From an uncultured Alphaproteobacteria bacterium (GTDB lineage Bacteria > Pseudomonadota > Alphaproteobacteria > RF32 > CAG-239), in NCBI GenBank assembly GCA_934277435.1, contig CAKQUE010000006.1:3395-67394 (forward strand): a stretch of 64,000 nt of DNA. Reading direction: 5' to 3'. The notes under the pieces were generated by a model. That model was given only the letters and a program-made list of their open reading frames with translations, did not search any database and was not told the DNA's origin. The translations under genes were made by a program, and so were the position numbers. Of this stretch, positions 55,389 through 64,000 are shown piece after piece; position 1 is the first letter of the stretch, and each line of letters begins with the position of its first letter.

Positions 55389-56088
55389 TTTGTACTCTTT
55401 TCGTATTTATTATATCCGAATGAATTTCTCCATCCACAATTTTGATTATGCGATTGGCATATAGAGCAATATCTTCTTCGTGGGTAACCAAAATAATGGT
55501 GCGGCGCAGTTCTTTATTTAGTTTTGTAAATAAATCCATAATTTCCACACTCATTTTTGTATCCAAATTTCCGGTCGGCTCATCGGCAAAAATAATCGGA
55601 GCTTCGTTTACAATGGCGCGGGCGATGGCCACGCGTTGCTGCTGACCACCAGAAAGCTGGTTTGGCTGGTGGTGCATACGCTCGTGCAAACCAACGCTGT
55701 CTAACGCCTTGGCTGCGCGTTCTTCGCGCTCTTTATCAGCAACACCGGCATAAACCATCGGCAATTCAACATTTTCTATGGCCGAAGTGCGAGAGAGCAG
55801 GTTAAATCCCTGAAAAACAAAACCGATTTTGCGGTTACGGATTTCTGCCAGCTGGTCGCCGCTCAGGTGTTCAATGTTTTCACCGTCTAGGATATATTCG
55901 CCGGAAGTCGGCGTGTCTAAGCAGCCGAGAATATTCATCAGGGTTGATTTTCCCGAACCTGAAGGTCCCATAATCGCCACAAACTCTCCAGCCGCAATTT
56001 CCAAATTTATACCTTTGAGAATCTCCAAATCAAAGCCGTCTAAAGGATAACTTTTATGAATGTTTTTGAGTTGAATTAAAGGTTTCAT
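55381..56088 (-). CDS. MacB-like ABC transporter ATP-binding protein
   Basis: 'GPSGSGKSTL', 'LSGGQQQRVAIARA', 'IIFADEPTGNLD'. Confidence 0.9.
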   Translation of the reverse strand: MKPLIQLKNIHKSYPLDGFDLEILKGINLEIAAGEFVAIMGPSGSGKSTLMNILGCLDTPTSGEYILDGENIEHLSGDQLAEIRNRKIGFVFQGFNLLSRTSAIENVELPMVYAGVADKEREERAAKALDSVGLHERMHHQPNQLSGGQQQRVAIARAIVNEAPIIFADEPTGNLDTKMSVEIMDLFTKLNKELRRTIILVTHEEDIALYANRIIKIVDGEIHSDIINTKRVQND

Positions 56089-57242
56089 CAGTGAGGCATC
56101 CTAAACTTCATTTTCTGAGTGTCGGCAGCTGAAAGTTCTTTAGAAACAATAACTTCATCGCCAATTTTTAAGGTACTTTCTAAAATCTGAGTGTTGTCAT
56201 CATCGCTGACGCCGATTTTTACGGTTACGCGCTCCGGGTGTCCGTTTTTGATAATCCACACACCGCGGTCTTTATAGCGTTTTGCCTTGTCGCTGTCATC
56301 AATATAAAAGCGCAGGGCTTGGTTTGGCACCAGCATAACGTCTTTTTCTTCAGCCGTGATAATTTCTACATTAGCGGTCATCCCCGGTTTTAGTTTCATG
56401 TCGGTGTTGTCAATGCCGATTACAACCGTATAGGTAACAACGTTTGAAGTAGTTGTTGCCTCGTTGCGGACTTGGGTAACCGTGCCATAAAAATAGTCAT
56501 CGGCATAGCTGTCGACCGTAAAGCGTACTTTTTGCCCCTCTTTTACTTTAGCGATATCAGCTTCCACAACCGATGCTTCAATTTGCATTTTAGTTAAATC
56601 TTCGGCTACCGAAAAAATTTCCGGAGTTTCAAAGCTTGCGGCCACAGTTTGCCCAACTTCAACCGATTTAGAAATAACAATGCCGTCAACCGGCGCTTTG
56701 ATTTCGGTATATGAAAGTTCGGTTTGCGCAGAGTTTAGCGAAGCCTGAGCCTGTTTGACCTGAGCTTGTTCAAGTGTCAGCTGAGCCACTGCATTGTCAT
56801 AGTCGCGCTCGGCGGCTTCCAAATCTTTTTCAGTAGAATATTTGGAGGCGTTTAGTTTGGAAATTCTATTCAGGGCTTTTTTATAGTATTTGATATTGTT
56901 TTCTTCTACGGCTACTTGAGCTTTGGCAATTTCCAACGCCGCTTCTCTTTGCTGTACGGTGGCTTTGGCGTTTTCTTGGTCGATAAGCGCTAGAAGCTGA
57001 CCTTTTTTAACCACCGAGTTATAGTCAACATAAATCTCAGCAATACGTCCCGAAGCCTGAGAACCGACAGAAACGGTAGAAAGCGGATTGATGGTTCCGG
57101 AAGCAGTAATACTTTCCATTATATCGCCGTTTTCTATTTTTTGCGTTTTATAAACAGTACCGCCGGCGCTGCGGTTAAGCATTTTGTAGCCAATGCAAAA
57201 AATGGCAAGCAAAGCAATTCCATAAATCAAATATTTTCTCAT
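56088..57242 (-). CDS. HlyD/MacA-type periplasmic adaptor
   Basis: N-terminal anchor, lipoyl-like region and long coiled coil ('TELSYTEIKAPVDGIV'). It is the first gene of a three-gene efflux operon. Confidence 0.85.
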   Translation of the reverse strand: MRKYLIYGIALLAIFCIGYKMLNRSAGGTVYKTQKIENGDIMESITASGTINPLSTVSVGSQASGRIAEIYVDYNSVVKKGQLLALIDQENAKATVQQREAALEIAKAQVAVEENNIKYYKKALNRISKLNASKYSTEKDLEAAERDYDNAVAQLTLEQAQVKQAQASLNSAQTELSYTEIKAPVDGIVISKSVEVGQTVAASFETPEIFSVAEDLTKMQIEASVVEADIAKVKEGQKVRFTVDSYADDYFYGTVTQVRNEATTTSNVVTYTVVIGIDNTDMKLKPGMTANVEIITAEEKDVMLVPNQALRFYIDDSDKAKRYKDRGVWIIKNGHPERVTVKIGVSDDDNTQILESTLKIGDEVIVSKELSAADTQKMKFRMPH

Positions 57243-57489
57243 TATCAGACCTTTCTTTATAAATATGTTTCATATATAAAAATAATTTGTAAAAAAATCT
57301 ATAAATTTATAACGATAAAATGAAAAAAATGTTCACAAATTGGTATGAAAAAAGTATTGATATGCTAAGTAGTTAGACAGTTATTCACAATTAAAACTTC
57401 AAGTGTGAAAAAACACTTTATTTTTTTGAATTTTCTGCTATATGTAAATCGGTTAAATTATAACTGTGTGGTATTAGAGGAATAATTTT

Positions 57490-58749
57490 TTGAAAAAACT
57501 TTTGAAAAAAAATAAGTTCAAATTTAAAAAGCAAAAGGTTATTTATACTGAAAAAAAGCCTTTTTTAGCTGATAAAGAAATTATTTTCCGCAGCAACGGA
57601 CGAGCTAAAGTTTTTAACATCTCTCATCGTTTGCAGGTGTTTATGCTTATGCTTTTTGCGGCCGTTTTCGCTTGGTCTAGCTACAATTACTATTTCTATC
57701 ACGTTTCGGCCACCATTATTCATCATAAAGAAAAAGAATTGGGCAAAACCCGCGACGCCTATATAGATTTGATGTCTGATGTGACGGCGTTGCAAAATAA
57801 TTTGAAAAACGTGGTTTCTTCTATTGACGAGGCCGGTAACGGTTTACAGGAGATTAAAGACTATAAAGAAAAAGCCTTGGTGGTTGAAGATAAAATCAAA
57901 CAAATTGCCGATTCCGAAAGTTGGATTGATGCCGATAAGGTTGAAGAAAAAGTAACCAAAAAAGAAGCTCTGTTGCAAAAAGATTTAATCCAGACCGAAA
58001 ACACGCAGTTAAGACAAAAAATAGAAGAATTGGGCGGCAAAATTAACAGCCTGCAAGAAACTGTGAAAGGTCTTGAAACTGCCGAAATCGCTATTTTGGA
58101 TAAAATTCACAAGTTATCCGGACGTGAAATAGAGCAAATTAAAACTTCTCTGACGCAAATTAATAAATCATTGAAAGAAAAAAACAGATATTTTAATCCG
58201 TTGGCTAATATAAAAGAGGGCAAAGGCGGTGTCTATGAGCCGGCGCAGGGAATGAAAATAGAAAACCGTGAGCTTTTGGATAAGTTATCGATGACTTTTA
58301 AGCAAATTGATACTCTAGAAAATTATAAACAAGCAATGAAAGCAGTGCCTTTGGGTAAGCCTGTTTACCGCTATCAGTTAAGTTCGGCTTATGGTACTCG
58401 TCAAGATCCATTCAAGGCTTATTTGGCCAACCATAAAGGCTTGGATATGCGCGCCGCTGCCGGCAGTCGGATTTCGGCGCAAGCTGCCGGACAAGTTGTT
58501 TCTGCAGGTTATCAAAAAAATGGTTATGGCAATTTGGTGGTGGTTGACCATGGCAATGGTTTTGTGACTAAATATGCCCATATGCGCAAGATTTATGTTA
58601 AAGCAGGTGAAAAGGTGGCTTATAACCAAGCGTTGGGTGAGGTTGGACGCACCGGCCGTGCTACCGGCAACCATTTGCATTATGAAGTTTTGTTTCGCGG
58701 AGCTAATGTTAATCCTGCCGCGTTTATCACTCTTAACAGCCTGAATTAA
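57490..58749 (+). CDS. M23/LytM peptidase with TM anchor and coiled coil
   Basis: 'HKGLDM' (HxxxD) and 'GNHLHYEV' (HxH). TTG start 8 nt after AGAGGA. Confidence 0.85.
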   Translation: MKKLLKKNKFKFKKQKVIYTEKKPFLADKEIIFRSNGRAKVFNISHRLQVFMLMLFAAVFAWSSYNYYFYHVSATIIHHKEKELGKTRDAYIDLMSDVTALQNNLKNVVSSIDEAGNGLQEIKDYKEKALVVEDKIKQIADSESWIDADKVEEKVTKKEALLQKDLIQTENTQLRQKIEELGGKINSLQETVKGLETAEIAILDKIHKLSGREIEQIKTSLTQINKSLKEKNRYFNPLANIKEGKGGVYEPAQGMKIENRELLDKLSMTFKQIDTLENYKQAMKAVPLGKPVYRYQLSSAYGTRQDPFKAYLANHKGLDMRAAAGSRISAQAAGQVVSAGYQKNGYGNLVVVDHGNGFVTKYAHMRKIYVKAGEKVAYNQALGEVGRTGRATGNHLHYEVLFRGANVNPAAFITLNSLN

Positions 58750-58759
58750 GGAGATAAAA

Positions 58760-59257
58760 ATGAGAAGTTTAAAGCGTTTAATTTATTTGAAAATAGCCCG
58801 CATGAGCCGCGGTTCTAATACGCCAGTGCCAAGCATTATTAGCTGCGACACCAAAATAAAAGGCGATATTTGGGGCGGCGATACCATACATATTGATGGT
58901 AAGCTTGAAGGCAATATTATGTGCAACGAAGTGATTATCGGCACACGTGGCTATATCGTCGGCGATATCAAAGCCAAGTCTTTGAGCGTCTATGGTACAA
59001 TTAACGGAGTGATAGATACCGATGAATTGTTTGTGGCAAACAATGCCCGTTTAATCGGCAACGCTTATTATAACAAAATTGCCTTAGAACCTGGTGCGTA
59101 TATTGAAGGCAATTGTGTTCCGCGCAATCGCCGCCCAGAAACTCAGGCAAAACCTGCAGCGGCGCAAGTTCAGCCCAAACCAGTGGAACAACCAAAAGCT
59201 GAGCCTAAACTGACAGAAAGCAAAGCGGCAGAAGCGTCTTTAAAAGCTGTGAAATAA
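58760..59257 (+). CDS. bactofilin (polymer-forming cytoskeletal protein)
   Basis: Beta-helical repeats 'IDGKLEGNI..NEVIIG..G.IVGDI.A..L.V.G.I.G' and a Pro/Ala/Lys-rich tail. Confidence 0.85.
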   Translation: MRSLKRLIYLKIARMSRGSNTPVPSIISCDTKIKGDIWGGDTIHIDGKLEGNIMCNEVIIGTRGYIVGDIKAKSLSVYGTINGVIDTDELFVANNARLIGNAYYNKIALEPGAYIEGNCVPRNRRPETQAKPAAAQVQPKPVEQPKAEPKLTESKAAEASLKAVK

Positions 59258-59736
59258 TGGCGGAAAAAAAGAAAAAAGCAGATTTTATCTCAACAGGGCA
59301 GGTGGCGCAAAACCGCCGCGCTCATTTTGATTATGTGATTGACGAGGTTTTTCAGGCTGGTTTAGTGTTAACCGGAACCGAAGTCAAATCATTGCGTTTG
59401 GGACACGCAAACATCAATGATGCGTATGGTATGGTTGAGCACGGCGAAGTTTATATGTCAAATATCTTTATCGCCGAATACGCTAACAAGGGCTATGAAA
59501 GTCACGTTGAGCGCCGTAATCGCAAATTGTTGCTGCACCATAAGGAAATTATCAAAATCCAAAATGCGTTGGCTCGCAAAGGCGCAACTTTAATTGCTAT
59601 GAAATTATATTTTGACAATCACGGCAGAGCCAAACTGGAAATAGGTTTGGGACGCGGTAAAAAGCTTTATGATAAGCGTGAGACTGCTAAAGAGCGTGAT
59701 TGGAACCGTGAAAAATCTCGTTTACTTGCGCATTAA
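59257..59736 (+). CDS. smpB: SsrA-binding protein SmpB
   Basis: 'NRRAHFDY', 'GTEVKSLR', 'RKLLLHHKEI', 'DKRETAKERDW'. Confidence 0.95.
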   Translation: MAEKKKKADFISTGQVAQNRRAHFDYVIDEVFQAGLVLTGTEVKSLRLGHANINDAYGMVEHGEVYMSNIFIAEYANKGYESHVERRNRKLLLHHKEIIKIQNALARKGATLIAMKLYFDNHGRAKLEIGLGRGKKLYDKRETAKERDWNREKSRLLAH

Positions 59737-59743
59737 AAATACA

Positions 59744-60448
59744 TTAAACCAGCAATTCATTGACAAACTGAGGCAGAGTGGTGCCGGCAGCACCGATTAT
59801 ATGTCTGTCAAAAAGATAGTTGTTAGATGTTGTTTCTAGATTAAATTCGCAAGTATCCGCGCCGCACATTTTAGCGATTTGCACAAAACCTGCCGCTGGA
59901 TAAACTACACCGGAAGTGCCAACAGACATAAATAAGTCGCAATTTTTCAGCATTTCGTCGACTTTATCCATATAGAGCAGATTTTCGCCAAAAAACACAA
60001 TGTTTGGTTTTAGCATACCGCGGATTTGGCATTGTGGACAAGCGTCGTCGGCATGTACATCGCCCCAAGTTTCAAAAATATGCCCACAATTCAGGCAGAC
60101 AATTTGGTTGATTTGCCCGTGAATGTGATAAATATTTTTATTGACGGCTTTTTCATGCAGTGTATCAACATTTTGCGTTACAATATTGATTTGCGCCGGA
60201 TAGTTTTGCTGCAACTTGGTAATGGCTAAATGAGCGGCGTTTGGCTTGGCCTTATAAAGCTCGGGGCGCAGCTCGTTATAAAAATCGTGCACATATTCCG
60301 GATTGCGTTCAAACGCTTCAATAGTGGCGACATCTTCCACCCGATGTTTGTTCCATAAGCCATTTTCGGCACGGAACGTGGAAAGTCCGGATTCTGCCGA
60401 AATTCCGGCACCGGTCAGAATCAGAATGTTTTTATATTGCTTAGCCAT
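59744..60448 (-). CDS. cobB: NAD-dependent protein deacylase (Sir2/CobB)
   Basis: 'LTGAGISAESG', 'QNVDTLHEKA', and zinc-binding Cys pairs 'CLNCGH...CPQC'. The start ATG 60448 overlaps the murG stop (ATGGCTAA). Confidence 0.9.
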   Translation of the reverse strand: MAKQYKNILILTGAGISAESGLSTFRAENGLWNKHRVEDVATIEAFERNPEYVHDFYNELRPELYKAKPNAAHLAITKLQQNYPAQINIVTQNVDTLHEKAVNKNIYHIHGQINQIVCLNCGHIFETWGDVHADDACPQCQIRGMLKPNIVFFGENLLYMDKVDEMLKNCDLFMSVGTSGVVYPAAGFVQIAKMCGADTCEFNLETTSNNYLFDRHIIGAAGTTLPQFVNELLV

Positions 60449-61505
60449 TGACAATTTCTTTATAAAGTTCTTCGTTGCTCGTAAATTTAAGGTCGCTGTT
60501 TTTAATGTTGTGGCGATAAGTATCCAAGTTTTGATACATTTTATCAATTTGCGCAAGTAAAAGTCCATTTTGAGCTAAATCTTTATCCAGCAAAATTTCG
60601 GCAAAGCCTTTGCTTTGAAAATTTTTAGCGTTTGATGTTTGTTCGCCGCGGCTGGCGTTGCTTGGCAGAGGCACCAAAAGCATTGGAATGTTTAGGCTCC
60701 AAAATTCAAAAATAGCATTAGAACCTGAGCGGGTTACCACAATATCGGTGGCAGCGAGCAGGTCTTTAAATTCTTTATCTACAAACTCAAATTGCGCATA
60801 GCCTTGGCGCTCTAAATCTGTTTTTTGCCCTTTGCCGCAAATGTGTATCACTTGATATTTCTGCAATAAGGCATCAATATTTTGCAGCACGGCTTTATTC
60901 AAACTTTGTGCGCCCAAGCTCCCGCCCACAAACATCACAATCGGCTTTTCGGTGTTAAAGTTGCACATTTGCAAGGCTTTGTTTTGGTCGCCGTTTTTCA
61001 ACCGATCGGACAGAACCGGACCGATATAGCAAACTTTTTGCGGCGTGCGCACATATTTAACCGTGTCTATAAAAGTAGTGAAAAACTTGCTGACAAAGGG
61101 CAGGGACATTTTATTGGCCAGCCCTGGGGTTAAGTCTGACTCATGCATAAATATTTTGCGATGATTCAAAAATCCGCCCACCACAACCGGAAAAGACACA
61201 AAGCCGCCTTTAGAAAAAATAATATCCGGTTTTTCTTTGTGGATTATAACTGCGGCTTGGCAAATTCCGACCGGAATTTTAAACATATCTTTCAGGTTTT
61301 GCCAAGAAAAATAGCGGCGCAGCTTACCGGTTTTTATGGCGTAGTATTTCACCCCTTCAATTTTGGCAATAAGCTCTTTTTCAATACCTGTTTCCGAACC
61401 AACGTAAACAATTTGCCAGCCGTTTTTCTGAAAAAGCGGAATAAGATTTAAGTTAAGGGTCACATGACCGCCCGAACCGCCGCCGGTGAACATAATTTTT
61501 TTCAT
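60441..61505 (-). CDS. murG: MurG-type glycosyltransferase (lipid II synthesis)
   Basis: 'FTGGGSGGHV', 'TGKLRRYFSWQN', 'FSKGGFVSFP', 'HESDLTPGLANK', 'VVTRSGSNAIFE'. From memory it is closest to streptococcal MurG. Confidence 0.85.
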   Translation of the reverse strand: MKKIMFTGGGSGGHVTLNLNLIPLFQKNGWQIVYVGSETGIEKELIAKIEGVKYYAIKTGKLRRYFSWQNLKDMFKIPVGICQAAVIIHKEKPDIIFSKGGFVSFPVVVGGFLNHRKIFMHESDLTPGLANKMSLPFVSKFFTTFIDTVKYVRTPQKVCYIGPVLSDRLKNGDQNKALQMCNFNTEKPIVMFVGGSLGAQSLNKAVLQNIDALLQKYQVIHICGKGQKTDLERQGYAQFEFVDKEFKDLLAATDIVVTRSGSNAIFEFWSLNIPMLLVPLPSNASRGEQTSNAKNFQSKGFAEILLDKDLAQNGLLLAQIDKMYQNLDTYRHNIKNSDLKFTSNEELYKEIVNG

Positions 61506-61506
61506 T

Positions 61507-62835
61507 TTACGATGCCTTTTCTTCTGAATTGTTTAAGTCATTGGAGTTGTCGCTGATTTTCAGTATTTCACTTTCTTCATATTCCATGCCGATTTGTTTG
61601 TTAGCCTTGGCGCCGTATTCTTTAAGTCTACCGGCCAAGGAAAGGGCGTTGCCTTTGCCTGTTGCCAGTTTTGAAATTGCCGCTTCATAGTTGGTTCTAG
61701 CAGTTCCCAAAGCCTTGTCAATTTTTTGCATATCGTCCACAAAATTTGCCAGTTTATCATATAGCGAACCACCGACTTCGGCAATTTTCTGCACATATTT
61801 ATTACGGGTTTCAATTTGCCACAGGTTTTCAACCGTGCGCAAAATAGGCAGTAAAGAAGACGGTGTTGTCAAGGCTACATTCTTTTTGTAGGCATAATCA
61901 TAAAGGCTGTCGTCTTTTTTGATTGCTTCAACAAATGCGCTTTCAATCGGGATAAAAATCACCACATAATCAAGAGATTCTTCTTTGAGTAGTTTTTGAT
62001 ATTCTTTGCCTGACAGCTCGTCTATGTGGTTGCGGATACATTGAATATGGCGTTGTAAGGCAGCCGATTTTTCCGCCTCGTCATCAGCGTTTACATAAGA
62101 AATATAGTCATTCATAGAAACTTTTGAGTCCACAATCACACTGCGGTTGTTCGGCAGGCGAACCACTACGTCCGGACGCAGATTTTGATTGTTTTCATTT
62201 TTAAAATTTTCTTGCGTGAAATAATCAATGTTTTTTTGCAGACCGGCAACTTCCAAAATACGGTTAAGCTCGATTTCTCCCCAGTCGCCTTGCATTTTTT
62301 TGCTGCCTCGCAAGGCGTTAGTCAAATTTTGTGCGTCTTGGCTAAGGCAATTATTCATATCCATTAGTTTTTTGAATTGGTCATCAAAGCTTGTCTTATT
62401 TTTGATACTTTCAGTATTGGCTTTGCTCACCTCATCTCTAAAAGCTTTCAGCTGGTCGCGGAAAGGAGATAAAACCGTGCTCAGCACTTGGCTTTGTGAT
62501 TCATTCAAGCGGCGGGATTGAGTGTTTAAAATCTCATTGGAAATGTCGCGGAATTTCAGCTCTAAATCTTTTTTGTTGTTTTCTATATCTTGCAAACGTT
62601 CTTGCATATGCTGATGCTGAGCTTGCAGCATGGTTTGCAATCTGGTGTTTTCGGTGTTCAGACGATAATTTTCATTATCCAGCTGTTTTTTAGCGCTGCA
62701 AACGTCTTCTAACTGACGTTCCAACTCATCGTTCAGCACCGAGGTTCTGGTGTTTTTGTTTATAGTCCAAATCAAAGCGCCGCCGCACAGGCAAAGCAGC
62801 ACAGCTAAAGCAATTATTCCATATAACATTGGCAA
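61507..62835 (-). CDS. rmuC: DNA recombination protein RmuC
   Basis: N-terminal TM helix, long coiled coil, and a C-terminal nuclease-like region 'RPDVVVRLPNNRSVIVDSK'. Confidence 0.85.
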   Translation of the reverse strand: MPMLYGIIALAVLLCLCGGALIWTINKNTRTSVLNDELERQLEDVCSAKKQLDNENYRLNTENTRLQTMLQAQHQHMQERLQDIENNKKDLELKFRDISNEILNTQSRRLNESQSQVLSTVLSPFRDQLKAFRDEVSKANTESIKNKTSFDDQFKKLMDMNNCLSQDAQNLTNALRGSKKMQGDWGEIELNRILEVAGLQKNIDYFTQENFKNENNQNLRPDVVVRLPNNRSVIVDSKVSMNDYISYVNADDEAEKSAALQRHIQCIRNHIDELSGKEYQKLLKEESLDYVVIFIPIESAFVEAIKKDDSLYDYAYKKNVALTTPSSLLPILRTVENLWQIETRNKYVQKIAEVGGSLYDKLANFVDDMQKIDKALGTARTNYEAAISKLATGKGNALSLAGRLKEYGAKANKQIGMEYEESEILKISDNSNDLNNSEEKAS

Positions 62836-63013
62836 ATCCTTTTAAAAACAACTTAGAACAAAGTATAAGAGTTTTAGCCTTGATTGCAATTAGTAAGAAC
62901 AGGTTATCAACTTTAATCTTTTATGTGTAAAAAATATATTATAGTGGACGAATAAGTTTTTTTAGCATAACATTCTAACCGATAAAGGAAATCTCTTTAG
63001 AAGGAAAATAAAA

Positions 63014-63229
63014 ATGAATAAAGTGCAAAGTGATTTTTTGAATGATATTAAAGAAGGCAAAGTTGCCGTAACTGTTTTTTTGATTAATGGTGTAAAGCTG
63101 CAGGGAATTATCACTCAGCAAGATGAGGAAAGCTTGCTTTTGCGCCGTGATGGTCATACTCAATTGGTTTATAAACACGCTGTTTCCACCATTATGCCAA
63201 GCGTGGCTGTGGATATTGCCGAAGAATAG
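63014..63229 (+). CDS. hfq: RNA chaperone Hfq
   Basis: '[44 protein letters not shown]'. Confidence 0.95.
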   Translation: MNKVQSDFLNDIKEGKVAVTVFLINGVKLQGIITQQDEESLLLRRDGHTQLVYKHAVSTIMPSVAVDIAEE

Positions 63230-63232
63230 CCT

Positions 63233-64000
63233 TTGATTGAAGTTCAGCAAAATAAGCATTTTAACGCTGCTGTAGTTTGTCCCGAAGTTTTTGGCGAACC
63301 GACAAGCTTGTCGCCGGAAAGCCGCTTGGCCGAGGCCGAGGGGTTGGCTCTGGCTATTCGTCTGAATGTGGTCTATAAAGAAAGTCTGAATATAAAAGAA
63401 ATTAAGCCTTCAGCTTATTTTAGTAGAGGATTTTTTGAGCGTCTGAAGCCGATTATTGCTGCAAATGATATAGATTTATTGATTGTCGATACACGGCTTA
63501 GCCCAATTCAACAGCGTAATTTGGAGCGAGAGCTAAAACTAAAAGTCATTGACCGAACGGCTTTGATTTTGGAAATTTTTGGTGAACGTGCGCAAACCAG
63601 AGAAGGGGCTTTGCAAGTTGAATTGGCTCATCTGACTTATCAGCGCTCGCGTTTGGTGCGCAGCTGGACGCACTTGGAGAGACAGCGCGGCGGCGCCGGA
63701 TTTTTAGGCGGCCCGGGGGAAACGCAAATCGAGCTGGATAGGCGTATTATTGACGACAAAATTGTCCGCATAAAAAAAGAATTGGAAAAAGTGCGGAAAA
63801 CTCGTGGAATACAGCGCAGTGCTCGTCGTAAAGTTCCATATCCTGTTGCCGCGCTGGTTGGGTATACCAACGCCGGAAAATCGACTTTGTTTAATTATTT
63901 GGCAAATAGTCAGGTTATGGCGGCGAATATGCTTTTTGCCACACTTGATCCGACCATGCGTAAAATTAGCCTGAATGGCGGGCGAGAGGTTATTTTGTCC
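63233..64000 (+). CDS. hflX: GTPase HflX (3' end runs off the window)
   Basis: Hand translation from TTG 63233 gives 'LSPIQQRNLERELKLKVIDRTALILEIFGERAQTREGALQVELAHL', 'GGPGETQIELDRR' and 'VGYTNAGKSTLFN'. It is not in the ORF track because there is no stop in the window. Confidence 0.88.
   Translation, partial: MIEVQQNKHFNAAVVCPEVFGEPTSLSPESRLAEAEGLALAIRLNVVYKESLNIKEIKPSAYFSRGFFERLKPIIAANDIDLLIVDTRLSPIQQRNLERELKLKVIDRTALILEIFGERAQTREGALQVELAHLTYQRSRLVRSWTHLERQRGGAGFLGGPGETQIELDRRIIDDKIVRIKKELEKVRKTRGIQRSARRKVPYPVAALVGYTNAGKSTLFNYLANSQVMAANMLFATLDPTMRKISLNGGREVILS

Noticed and set aside
57400-57428. Hairpin AAGTGT-gaaaaa-ACACTT plus T-run in the 5' region of the M23 peptidase gene; possible attenuator or sRNA terminator.
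   Set aside because: It is only a 6-bp AT-rich stem in a very AT-rich spacer. There is no second copy or alternative pairing to support a function.
63640-63870. Minus-strand 76-aa ORF near the window end.
   Set aside because: It is antisense within the clearly recognisable hflX reading frame.

Overview
AT-rich chromosomal segment. It is most likely from a low-GC alphaproteobacterium. The pointers are an atpHAGDC operon with no atpBEF, an FtsZ with a long acidic linker, an Hfq core reading '[22 protein letters not shown]', a GAAC-N7-GAAC SOS box, and opgGH and lolCD. About 60 genes are mostly housekeeping: clpB, scoAB, F1 ATP synthase, a reduced dcw cluster (mraY-ftsW-murB-ftsQAZ), lolCD, ftsB, dsbD, opgG/opgH, a macAB-like efflux set, M23 peptidase-bactofilin-smpB, rmuC-murG-cobB, and hfq-hflX. 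There are two tRNAs (Arg-ACG, Ser-GCT). No transposases, integrases, CRISPR arrays or rRNA were seen. The most interesting signals are non-coding or accessory. (1) Two about 200-nt homologous leaders show compensatory base changes and a terminator with an alternative pairing; each sits upstream of one of two orphan prepilin-like, Cys-rich paralogues, which suggests a riboswitch or attenuator. (2) A 69-aa stand-alone NrdD-type glycyl-radical domain gene lies behind tandem NrdR boxes spaced 31 bp apart. (3) Both tRNA genes are followed by an inverted, decayed copy of their own 3' half across the terminator, and the tRNA-Arg locus also has a 113-bp direct repeat. (4) A 719-aa orphan protein carries an AHH/HNH-like nuclease motif. 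(5) A lemA gene is followed by two translationally coupled DUF3137-like membrane paralogues. (6) A UmuC-like polymerase has a consensus promoter and an alpha-type SOS box but no umuD. All protein calls rest on motifs I recognise by eye. No database search was run.
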